Shown here piece after piece: positions 39,601 through 46,382 of a DNA stretch of 64,000 nt. The notes below the pieces were generated by a model. The model searched no databases and was not told where the DNA came from. It was given only the letters and a program-made list of their open reading frames with translations. A program made the translations under genes and the position numbers. Every line of letters begins with the position of its first letter. Position 1 is the stretch's first letter. The stretch is from a virus, in the IMG/VR virus record IMGVR_UViG_3300027754_003435; one strand, written 5' to 3'.

Positions 39601-40310
39601 GAAACCAATAATTGATTTGGTATTATATTGGATTTATTATTATTTTCACCTATAACTGTTTTTACTATTTCAATATTAGAGTTATTCAATTTACTAACAA
39701 ATTTTTCAATTTGTATATTTGAAAACTTAGATGCTATTTGTTCAAGCGGAACATTATTTAGTCCAGTTCTTAATATTTCTGTATTTTGTGGTGAATATAT
39801 TGAAACCGAATTAATAAGTAAATCTAAACTCTCTGGATTTCGTTTATCATCAACCTCAGTTGAAATCTGTCTTTCTTCTAATGGTAATTTATTTTTTGTA
39901 GGTGGTTTTGATTCTACTTTAGAAGAATTATATCTTTCCTCTAAACTCATAGATTTTGATTTTACTATATCATCCAAATTAGTAGAATCCAATCTATCTT
40001 CTAACTTTATATCATTTTTTATTTTTTTTATTTCATCTAATTTAGTTAAACCAAGTTTGTTGGCTAAACTTGGTTGCATATTTGATTTTTTTATATCATC
40101 TAATTTAGTTTTACTTAAACTATCAACTAATTGTTTAGGTGCAGGTTTTTTAATATCTGGAATTTTATTAATCAAAGAATCAGTTATTGGTTGAGCTGTT
40201 GCAAAGTTTTTATTGCCAGTTGCACTCGATGCTTCTGGAGTATTTTTCTCTTCATTAGAAACTTGCGCTCTATATTTAGAAAGGTCGGATTTTAAATCTA
40301 CTAAAGACAT
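33624..40310 (-). CDS. Giant repeat-containing virion protein with C-terminal tube-initiator/baseplate-like domain
   Basis: 2228 aa directly downstream of the tape measure; C-terminal YMGRGDPIYMYDGYERDVSFGF...PLCRLNIG...PGFISSLSYSF...W..P. Confidence 0.7.
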   Translation of the reverse strand: MSLVDLKSDLSKYRAQVSNEEKNTPEASSATGNKNFATAQPITDSLINKIPDIKKPAPKQLVDSLSKTKLDDIKKSNMQPSLANKLGLTKLDEIKKIKNDIKLEDRLDSTNLDDIVKSKSMSLEERYNSSKVESKPPTKNKLPLEERQISTEVDDKRNPESLDLLINSVSIYSPQNTEILRTGLNNVPLEQIASKFSNIQIEKFVSKLNNSNIEIVKTVIGENNNKSNIIPNQLLVSSLEEYKTPNKSPNSGNTSNNVVNPETKINKTNLTYDRNIESPEINTDTVSSTDNITNPNIKINSVPLSFEKNSNFIIINKELFSPINNIIDPEIALQKKELTFERAASTPNIITDTIKEGLVVNPNTKVLRLESNTDKLKDISELNLDGKPIKFVASSRVTVPKSTILAGKRNYNTSTKYDQEESQLSLMRLAPQRLSGRNDIASKSLFSTNGVQSVNMFSDIHVDGFISNAQLMVTNYDTPGKRKSLYGWTGGIKSSPSVNFMSDFNAEGFLKFAKIGDTKFNTDSSQLTFKKLTPVNFFDIANQYTNTGFQIFTERLSSAFVLDSSTYGWIGNREQAPTVDFLDWTRANTTEGFGKLPIRLDSKYIPESSDYTWKGGYANSPAVNFFDTIKDFTKKGFSTFHELFDSKYKKDASRFDWDGTRRNASTVNYFDLENTHTTNGFNSFSRRLETMYVEDASTFDWDGNKTDAPRVNFFDSSNRFTTAGFSTFHQNLDTKYIDGASRFDWDGQPSGVPTVNYFDLNKQYTTDGFHRLAIQQEPTKYKPNSSIFDWDGVTKEAPAVNYFDLTNKFTEDGFHNFAKKYESKYIKESSEFDWDGTTDNSPEVNFFDITGKFTKKGFHRKALQQELTKYVPESSRFDWDGTRPKAPEVNFFDLSGKFTTSGFHRLAIQQEPTKYISESSRFDWDGGRGSSPEVNFFDLGGQFTAQGFHRLAKTKEESKYVPESSEFDWDGVGSSAPEVNFFDITGKFTTSGFHRLAQTKEESKYVPESSEFDWDGKGNSAPEVNFFDITGKFTTSGFHRLAKTKEESKYVPESSEFDWNGKRNSAPTINFFDISGQYTTSGFHRLAIQQEPTKYIPESSRFDWDGKRIDSPEVNFFDITNRFTTSGFHRLAETSEESKYVPESSTFDWTGTRQTAPEVNFFDITKQFTKQGFHALAQQQEPTKYIPESSRFDWDGKRIDSPEVNFFDKENKFTKKGFHSLADQSELTVNSDLSRYLKDSSRFDWNGSRVKAPTTKYFTAIGQSILSNALGFTKFFIDKGQTKLNSRYSSYSTETGSPKSAVIDIPTTNFFGFIPSERRGFLTNMSVSDGTLYPIVSPVLKYTNTAQERLGIQLSRSSGTTTRDGENFAPLSLGKRPWADGTLASTLENQIPNIKTGARPGSYSETYETNLKQSTNTQGEVFGHLRKWAVNNGKLDEQYDKFYLVDAAWNLEAGDKREPFVTRGIQTKGRKTPQRWGSGADTLFGFLRASTGVVEDRGNRDFERVSKWLTTIKGKAWEDRQSKLYAMNPIVDFDPNQGSTSVSGKPINQFYNKLSLTQTIQNTSALSALKRISRHGSAHTEDTENSLNKYEISTLSREKTDISVYTGLATPTSSDKTNYNRLVGLMKELLPNAFNTLTKDSSDNRNVSILRISSENGGPGSALGDGATIINRATHPYLGVYTTSPIFLKDGDLTPSTMKVNIFYGALTDKKYHDVLSKQAASDGKYFGILNSLVYILNGAKYENDTASSAGADGYVQADRLEFLKKAKVFEPRYDSIADRVKARTKDMADRNGKLLSDGNYDENAEKIKQYMTLNYSKLQKVKRGENGRSRDFNDFRHDLVDTKKAAYFSTDPKVARYHTNNIEDKHGFGKHGQQENQKNLPFLSNVSYKNSGGRSVPVLKTVGGGSAKFRGDRINIIDFKRHTSGFINSDVVYETGAYNNPNIPGAHDLIEFYFSSLNIVGTANKPAEIIVFRASFDTITDNHKPSWSPIKYMGRGDPIYMYDGYERDVSFGFTIHIGSRDEMKATWRKLNFLAGYTAPEYASGFMKAPLCRLNIGNLFKKMPGFISSLSYSFDNVNGYWETAQLPEDKLAQGADISAPGALQLPKIIQVSVGFTPVGVYRPEKGGTFYSLYDDSSANNGLLPKSGDKVSYFRTYDDVGPLDAANVAELSDAVLADVDPTKALTQAAPTLPPSGGAANPVLDAEFGKPVNEIPIIDPSSGPPPTVPP
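36560..38870. repeat. About 16 tandem 132-135-nt coding repeats (44-45 aa)
   Basis: Consensus SSxFDWDGxxxxAPEVNFFDxTxxFTTxGFHRLAxxxExxKYxPE; TCCCAATCAAA anchors recur at 135-nt spacing (e.g. near 37268 and 37403). Confidence 0.92.
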
Positions 40311-40334
40311 TTGCTCATTCTTCCATTAGTTTCA

Positions 40335-40342
40335 TATAAATA
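40335..40342 (-). promoter_or_regulatory. Putative late promoter motif TATTTATA
   Basis: About 24 nt upstream of 40310. Confidence 0.45.
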
Positions 40343-40361
40343 TAAACATAAAAATATTATG

Positions 40362-43300
40362 TTAAATTCTACGACCATACGAATTATCAGCATTCGATGT
40401 ATACGATTTTTTCAAGTTTAATTCTGTACTAATCGTATCAATTATTTTATCACCAAACTTAATAATTGTTGGTTGAGAAACCGCGGCTGTAAGTACTGAT
40501 ATTAACTGATCTAGTTTTTTCTCAACACCAGACATATTAGCACCACTTGTTGCAGCAGCTACTCCTCCACCTACACCGGTTGTTGGGGCAGGATTAGCGG
40601 TGGTTGTAGTTTGTTGTACCGTAGAAACAGCACCCGCTAAAACAGGTGTACCCGCATTAGATGTTGGTTTTATGGTTGACGTTCTTTTTTCTGCTCCCTT
40701 TTCCCCTTCTTTTGTATCTGCTTCCCCACCCCCAAACATTGAGCCAATACCACCCACAATCGAATCCATTACTTTTGACGCTTTAGAAGCAAGTGAACCC
40801 TGATTCATTTTTTCAAATACTTGACCAAGTTTTTCAATATCCAAGCCTGCAATAGTATCGGCAAGAGTTTTTAATGAAGTGGAGACTTCAATTAAACTCT
40901 TTGCAGAAGCAGATAATTTTTCTGGACTCAATTTATCCAATAAATTATTTATCTGAGATAATGGACTATCACCGCCTAATAACTTACCAACCCCTTCCAT
41001 TAAAGCACTACTCCCCATACTTTCAAGTAAAGACACAAGTGCATCTTTGAATTCATCAAGTTTTCCTGTATCAATACCACCAAGATTCTCTGCCATCATT
41101 TTCATAGCAGAAGACATAGCAACTATTGCCGTCGCTGCAGTTGTTAATTTTTCAGGTTCTAATTCTTTTGTTATTTTAACAATTTGTTCTATTGGACTCT
41201 CCCCTCCTAATAATGAACCAAGTCCAGCTAATCCGGCACCGATGCCTCCACCTGCACCAAACGCTGCAATAGCAACACCTAACGCAGTTACGCCAAGTGC
41301 AACTTTTCCTAAGTTTTCTCCATCAAGATTAGCCAGTCCCATTAACTTGTCAATTATTCCTATTATACCACCTGCAACTGCATTAATTATTTTAACAATA
41401 GCTTCACCAACTACTGTTATTATACCACTTATTCCGTTAAATGCAGTTTCCATGAGTGGCACAACACCTTCCATTGCTTTACCGAGAATCCACATTGCAC
41501 CTGCAAATACTATAAGAGCAACTCCTAATACAGCAAGAACACCTGCTCCCACGAGAAATAGTGGGGCAAATGTGCCTAACAACGCTGCAATACCAACCAA
41601 TCCAAGAAGAGCAATCCCTGCTTTTGCTAAATCTTCCCATGCAATTGACGCGAATAATTGTAGTGCAAGACCAACAACACCTAAAGCAACCCCAAGTATT
41701 AACATTGCGGCTGCACCTTTTATCATTTCTGTACTTGCCTTACTCATCAAATATGCTATTGCAGCCAAACCGAGAAGAGCAACACCTGCTTTTGCCATTG
41801 CATCCCAATCTGTTTTCATAAATTCTTGAACAGCTTTTGCAGTAATAAACAATGCAACAGAAAGAATAACCAATGCAGCGGCACCTTGAATCATTTTTTT
41901 TGCATCTATTTTATTAAATGCTTCTACCAAAGAATCCATGAAACCACCACCCTTTGCACCTTTTGCATCTGGCATTTTTGGTATTTTAGCCCCTCCACCC
42001 TTTCCTAACGCTTTACCTGCAACCTTTCCAAATTTACCACCCACTTTACTAAGTGAACCACCAATATTTTTTAATACTGATTTACCAACATCTGCTGCTT
42101 TGTCCTTCAACATATCCATACCTTTACCAAGTAATGCCTTACCAGCAAAAGCAGCTCCAATCGCAGTTACAACACCAAGGATTCCACCAAAACTGGATTT
42201 AACTGTTTCAACCTGATCAGTCAAGTTACCTGCTGCATCTTTTACATGAACAGTAGATGCACCAATATTTGAGATAAATCCAAGTATAGACATAAGTGGT
42301 GTAACTATGGCAGAGATAAATCCAAATACAGATTTAATTATAGGAACAATCGCTTTAACAGAACTCCCTACCATATCCATAGTATCACCTAATGAATCAC
42401 CTGCCATTAAACTATCAAGCAAAACAGTTGCGATTTCTAATAACGGTGCAATAATTTTCATTGCCTGTTCTTTCAACTTAGTCATTGCATTAGTCATTTT
42501 CTCTTGTAATGTTGCAGATTCTTTGTCTGCTGCCAATTTTTCTATATATGCTTTTTTAGCAGCATCAGTAGTTGTAGATGCTTCTTTTCTTAAATCTGCT
42601 GCATTCTTCAACTGTAATTCTTCTAATTTAGTTGAGTCTAAATGAGCGTCTTTCAATTGCTGTGCCTTCGTCAACATTTCTGTCATCTCTTCAACTTCCA
42701 TTCCCATTGCTTTTGCCATTGACTTCTGTTGTAGACGATTCATAGACTGAAAGTCCGCTAAAGAACCTGCTTGATGTAATAACTCGTCTTGTAATCCGGC
42801 AATATCACCCTGTAATGCAAATTGACGTGCAGCATCAAGATTCAAATTTTTACCAGTTATAACCCTAGCTTCCATTTCCGCTGCAAGTGATGATTCAATA
42901 TCCAACATACCATCACCAATACTTTGAACTTTTTTCAAATCCATACCCAACATTTTAGCTTTTTGTGCTGCAGCGACTAAAGCCACACTTCCACCTTTAA
43001 ATGCAACTGCAACTTCCTTTGGTACGGAAGCAAGAGTTTTCATTGCTGCTTTATCAGTCATTAAGCCCTTTGCCATACCTTGACTTTTATTAACAAGTGA
43101 ACCCATTGATTCACCTGTAAGTGTAGCAAGTGATTTTATGTTTCCAATTTCTTCTGTACTCAATCCAAATTTTTCACTAAGAACGGTAGCATCTTTTGTA
43201 AATTGCTCTAACGCTGTATTTCCACTTTTTATCTGAGCAGCTACATCAAGACCACCGTATAACTCACTAACAGTACCCATTCCTTTAACAACTTGCATAG

Positions 43301-44525
43301 TATTAACACCAACAAGTCCCATATCGGAAGCCAATTTTTGTGCAGCACCTTGAGTTGCAAAAGCCTGTTCTTTTGTTCCACCCATTTCTTTTTGTATGTC
43401 TGATACTTGTTGGTCTGCTTCACCAAACAAATCAACTAACATACTAAGACCTTGTGTTAATAAACCAATTCCAAGTGCAGCAGAAAATTTACCAGCAAGA
43501 CCTATCATAGATTTCAACCCACCACCTGCTGCAGCAAATGCTTTACCAAAGTCTTTTTCATTGAAAGCAGCATTTGCTGCTTCTTTGAATTTTGTCTTCA
43601 TATTTTTGGCAGTTTTATCTATACCCATTAATTTACCAACTTTATCAAAGGATGGCAATCCAGTAAAAATGTTTGATACTGCGTCCGTAACTCCTGCAAA
43701 AGCATCTTTAACAACACCCATTTTTGCAGCCTGTTGTTCTAACGCTTTATTTTCGATTTCTATATCGGTAATTCTACCCTTCATCAGATTTAAAGTTTCT
43801 TGTGCTGCCTTATATTGTTCAGCAGTCATTTTATCTTTTTCTTGAATTAACTTTTGTTCATTTACTCTTAAATCTAATTCCAATTGAGTTAAATCTATAC
43901 TCTCATATATACCGTTCGTTGCATTTGCTTTTGCTTTGATCAAACGGTCTTCATAGTTAATCATATCAGCTGCCAAATCACCAGAACGAATCTGTGTACC
44001 AAGGAAGGTTTCTTGCTGTTTTGCTGAACCAATCTGTAATCTTTCGGTAATTTGCATTGAATTTGTGATTGCAGTATATGCTAGGTTTTGGTCATTGGTG
44101 TATTGCGCTACTTTTTCTGAATCTTTACCTATTGCTTTCATTAAAGCAGATGAGGATGATTGATCCTCGATAACAGATTTTTGTGAATTTTGTAGTTGTA
44201 CTGTTAGTGATGATAATCTCGATGTTAAATCAAACAGTTCATTTGTATTATCATTAATTGTTTCCGTGGTGTCTATTGTTTTCTTACTTCTTTTTTCCGA
44301 ATCGGTTTCTATCTTTTCAATTTTTTTACGAACTTCCTCTTCTTTACCCACATTATTTAATCTGAGTGCATCTAATTTTATCAACTCTTTAATAGTTGAA
44401 ACAGAGGTTTTTTCCTGACCAACAATACTTTCTTTTAATTTCAGTATTTCTTTTTCAAGACCAATCCGCTCTTGAGTAAGTTTTTTTATTTCTTGCTCTA
44501 ATTTTTTTTCGTTTTCGGATGCCAT
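40362..44525 (-). CDS. Tape measure protein
   Basis: 1387 aa; Ala/Gly/Lys-rich helical sequence with hydrophobic periodic repeats; follows tube and chaperone genes. Confidence 0.88.
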   Translation of the reverse strand: MASENEKKLEQEIKKLTQERIGLEKEILKLKESIVGQEKTSVSTIKELIKLDALRLNNVGKEEEVRKKIEKIETDSEKRSKKTIDTTETINDNTNELFDLTSRLSSLTVQLQNSQKSVIEDQSSSSALMKAIGKDSEKVAQYTNDQNLAYTAITNSMQITERLQIGSAKQQETFLGTQIRSGDLAADMINYEDRLIKAKANATNGIYESIDLTQLELDLRVNEQKLIQEKDKMTAEQYKAAQETLNLMKGRITDIEIENKALEQQAAKMGVVKDAFAGVTDAVSNIFTGLPSFDKVGKLMGIDKTAKNMKTKFKEAANAAFNEKDFGKAFAAAGGGLKSMIGLAGKFSAALGIGLLTQGLSMLVDLFGEADQQVSDIQKEMGGTKEQAFATQGAAQKLASDMGLVGVNTMQVVKGMGTVSELYGGLDVAAQIKSGNTALEQFTKDATVLSEKFGLSTEEIGNIKSLATLTGESMGSLVNKSQGMAKGLMTDKAAMKTLASVPKEVAVAFKGGSVALVAAAQKAKMLGMDLKKVQSIGDGMLDIESSLAAEMEARVITGKNLNLDAARQFALQGDIAGLQDELLHQAGSLADFQSMNRLQQKSMAKAMGMEVEEMTEMLTKAQQLKDAHLDSTKLEELQLKNAADLRKEASTTTDAAKKAYIEKLAADKESATLQEKMTNAMTKLKEQAMKIIAPLLEIATVLLDSLMAGDSLGDTMDMVGSSVKAIVPIIKSVFGFISAIVTPLMSILGFISNIGASTVHVKDAAGNLTDQVETVKSSFGGILGVVTAIGAAFAGKALLGKGMDMLKDKAADVGKSVLKNIGGSLSKVGGKFGKVAGKALGKGGGAKIPKMPDAKGAKGGGFMDSLVEAFNKIDAKKMIQGAAALVILSVALFITAKAVQEFMKTDWDAMAKAGVALLGLAAIAYLMSKASTEMIKGAAAMLILGVALGVVGLALQLFASIAWEDLAKAGIALLGLVGIAALLGTFAPLFLVGAGVLAVLGVALIVFAGAMWILGKAMEGVVPLMETAFNGISGIITVVGEAIVKIINAVAGGIIGIIDKLMGLANLDGENLGKVALGVTALGVAIAAFGAGGGIGAGLAGLGSLLGGESPIEQIVKITKELEPEKLTTAATAIVAMSSAMKMMAENLGGIDTGKLDEFKDALVSLLESMGSSALMEGVGKLLGGDSPLSQINNLLDKLSPEKLSASAKSLIEVSTSLKTLADTIAGLDIEKLGQVFEKMNQGSLASKASKVMDSIVGGIGSMFGGGEADTKEGEKGAEKRTSTIKPTSNAGTPVLAGAVSTVQQTTTTANPAPTTGVGGGVAAATSGANMSGVEKKLDQLISVLTAAVSQPTIIKFGDKIIDTISTELNLKKSYTSNADNSYGRRI

Positions 44526-44543
44526 AATTTCTTCGGTGGTTCT

Positions 44544-44580
44544 AAAAAAAATAGTTCGTATAAATAAATATACGAACTAT
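44544..44580 (-). terminator. Perfect 12-bp inverted repeat plus T8 tail, overlapping a TATTTATA motif (44559-44566)
   Basis: ATAGTTCGTATA-N6-TATACGAACTAT. Confidence 0.7.
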
Positions 44581-44582
44581 GA

Positions 44583-44819
44583 TTATTTTCTTCTAAATGA
44601 AGGTACTGGTGGTGAAGCAAGACTCTGTTGCTTTTTATATTGCTCACTATTTTTATTTTCATCATCTATTGCTTTATTTATACTTCGTATATAAAAACGT
44701 CTAAGATGAATTGGCATATTATAGACTTCGTTCCAAGTAAAACCACCTTTTCCATAATAACATAAAGAAAATACTTCTTCGTGAAGTCCTAGCTTATAAT
44801 CAATTGCCAGGCCAAAAAA
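44583..44819 (-). CDS. Frameshift extension of the tail assembly chaperone (lambda gpGT-like), 78 codons
   Basis: Open frame FFGLAIDYKLGLHEEVFSLCYYGKGGFTWNEVYNMPIHLRRFYIRSINKA...FRRK with no early ATG; overlaps the T7 run at the end of the chaperone gene. Confidence 0.7.
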   Translation of the reverse strand, partial: FFGLAIDYKLGLHEEVFSLCYYGKGGFTWNEVYNMPIHLRRFYIRSINKAIDDENKNSEQYKKQQSLASPPVPSFRRK

Positions 44820-45669
44820 ACGATACCCCCATGGGTATCTCCATCTCCTTTACCTCACCTGTAACATCTGAGATAAACGTAAACGTTAAATCTAAGTCAG
44901 GTGAAATCGCTTTAACATATTGTCTTAAAGCACGAGAATCTGCTGCAAATAATTCATTATCAACGAAATTATTAACAGCTGCTCTACCATGCTCACCATC
45001 TACTGCAATAATAAAATGTTTGAGTCTTGTTGTAAGCTCCCTATCAATACCAGATCTTACAATTGTTTTGTTCATAGTCTTTAATTCGGATTGAACTTCT
45101 TTCTCGATACCATGTGTCATTAGGCGGAACGTTACTACTCGTTTAGAAATTGGTAATTCATAATCAAACTCATTAACATGGTTCTCAAATAAGCTGTAAT
45201 CGACCTCCTTGTGCTCGATTTGAGTTAAATCTACTGTTAATGATTGTTTTGTTCCTGATGAAAAGGGGTCTTCCACTTCTACTTGATAATCTTTACCATA
45301 GCCCAACACCCTGGCTGCAATCATGATTGCGTTCTTATCACCAACATATAAGTCATTGTAATTGACTGGAGTTACAATCAATGACTCAAACAACTTGTCT
45401 AACACAACTCCTTGTTTAATAAGGTTTTGTGAAGTTAAAATATCTTCGTCTTTTGCAGTCATGTATTTCATTTCAATAACACCACTTGCTAATGGATGAT
45501 TTTCTGGATAAATTAAACCCCTGGATGGAAGTGGTATCATTTCTGTAGGAAAATTTGTTCTTTTTACTTCTGCGTGTTTATGACCAGACAACAGTCTTTC
45601 TTTAATTTCCGAATCTGTCATTTCTCCATCAACTTTTGGCATTTCATAGCCCGTTGGTACTTTTGACAT
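44800..45669 (-). CDS. Tail assembly chaperone / T4 gp26-like baseplate hub assembly protein
   Basis: LPSRG..Y, MKYMTAKDEDIL, LYVGDKNAIMIAAR..GYG, LPISK; lies between tube and tape measure; ends FFWPGN. Confidence 0.75.
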   Translation of the reverse strand: MSKVPTGYEMPKVDGEMTDSEIKERLLSGHKHAEVKRTNFPTEMIPLPSRGLIYPENHPLASGVIEMKYMTAKDEDILTSQNLIKQGVVLDKLFESLIVTPVNYNDLYVGDKNAIMIAARVLGYGKDYQVEVEDPFSSGTKQSLTVDLTQIEHKEVDYSLFENHVNEFDYELPISKRVVTFRLMTHGIEKEVQSELKTMNKTIVRSGIDRELTTRLKHFIIAVDGEHGRAAVNNFVDNELFAADSRALRQYVKAISPDLDLTFTFISDVTGEVKEMEIPMGVSFFWPGN

Positions 45670-45710
45670 AACTAATTCCTATAACAATTTATAATATAAC
45701 ATCTTTGTAA

Positions 45711-45751
45711 CAAATATAAATATAGGTACATTAAAAATAATGTACCTATAT
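45711..45751 (-). terminator. Perfect 13-bp inverted repeat after the tube gene, overlapping TATTTATA and TATATTTG motifs
   Basis: ATATAGGTACATT-N6-AATGTACCTATAT (45720-45751). Confidence 0.55.
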
Positions 45752-45800
45752 ATTTCTTTTTATATCTAAAATATAACTTACCATTACTATCAAATACATA

Positions 45801-46289
45801 TTAGTATTGAAGAATAGCGTAATCGTATGCTAATGTGAGAGAAATCTCAACAAACGCATCATTCGCCCAATCCATATCCCCAAATGTTGTTGCTGTAATG
45901 AAAGCACCTTTCAATGTCCATTCTTCAATTTTATCACCAACTGGTCCAAGTGTGTGTAAGGTAATATCTTTCTTATAGAAGTCAGAGTAACCATCACGAC
46001 CCGTTACAGATTCATGTGATAAACGAACCCATTCCATTACCGCTTGTGCACCAGATGGTACAATTGGATCATACAATTTAATAGTAATATCTTGCCATTC
46101 ACCCTTACCTTTAACTTTTCTCTTAATATTGATATGATCAAGTGTGATAGGGTTAAAGCTAATGTTAGGTCTACCAGCGCCCTTTACTAAATAAGAAGGT
46201 ACACCTTCGATGTACATAACAAATCTATTTTGTAGTTTAGGCTCAAACGGAGTAAAAAAGATCTCCGTGGAATTGAGTAGTTCAGCCAT
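45801..46289 (-). CDS. Tail tube protein (T4 gp19-like)
   Basis: EPKLQNRF, WQDITIKLYDPI, YKKDITL..LGPVG..IEEW.LKGAF. Confidence 0.92.
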   Translation of the reverse strand: MAELLNSTEIFFTPFEPKLQNRFVMYIEGVPSYLVKGAGRPNISFNPITLDHINIKRKVKGKGEWQDITIKLYDPIVPSGAQAVMEWVRLSHESVTGRDGYSDFYKKDITLHTLGPVGDKIEEWTLKGAFITATTFGDMDWANDAFVEISLTLAYDYAILQY

Positions 46290-46319
46290 TTATATCTCCA
46301 AATTTAAAATATTCTTTTA

Positions 46320-46327
46320 CATAAATA
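46320..46327 (-). promoter_or_regulatory. Putative late promoter variant TATTTATG
   Basis: About 30 nt upstream of the tube gene, right after the sheath terminator. Confidence 0.4.
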
Positions 46328-46337
46328 TATTGTTTAT

Positions 46338-46369
46338 AAAAAATGTGGGGAGAATATTTAACTCCCCAC
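46338..46369 (-). terminator. Rho-independent terminator after the sheath gene
   Basis: GTGGGGAG-N9-CTCCCCAC followed by a T-run. Confidence 0.75.
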
Positions 46370-46382
46370 CGTTAATTTAATT

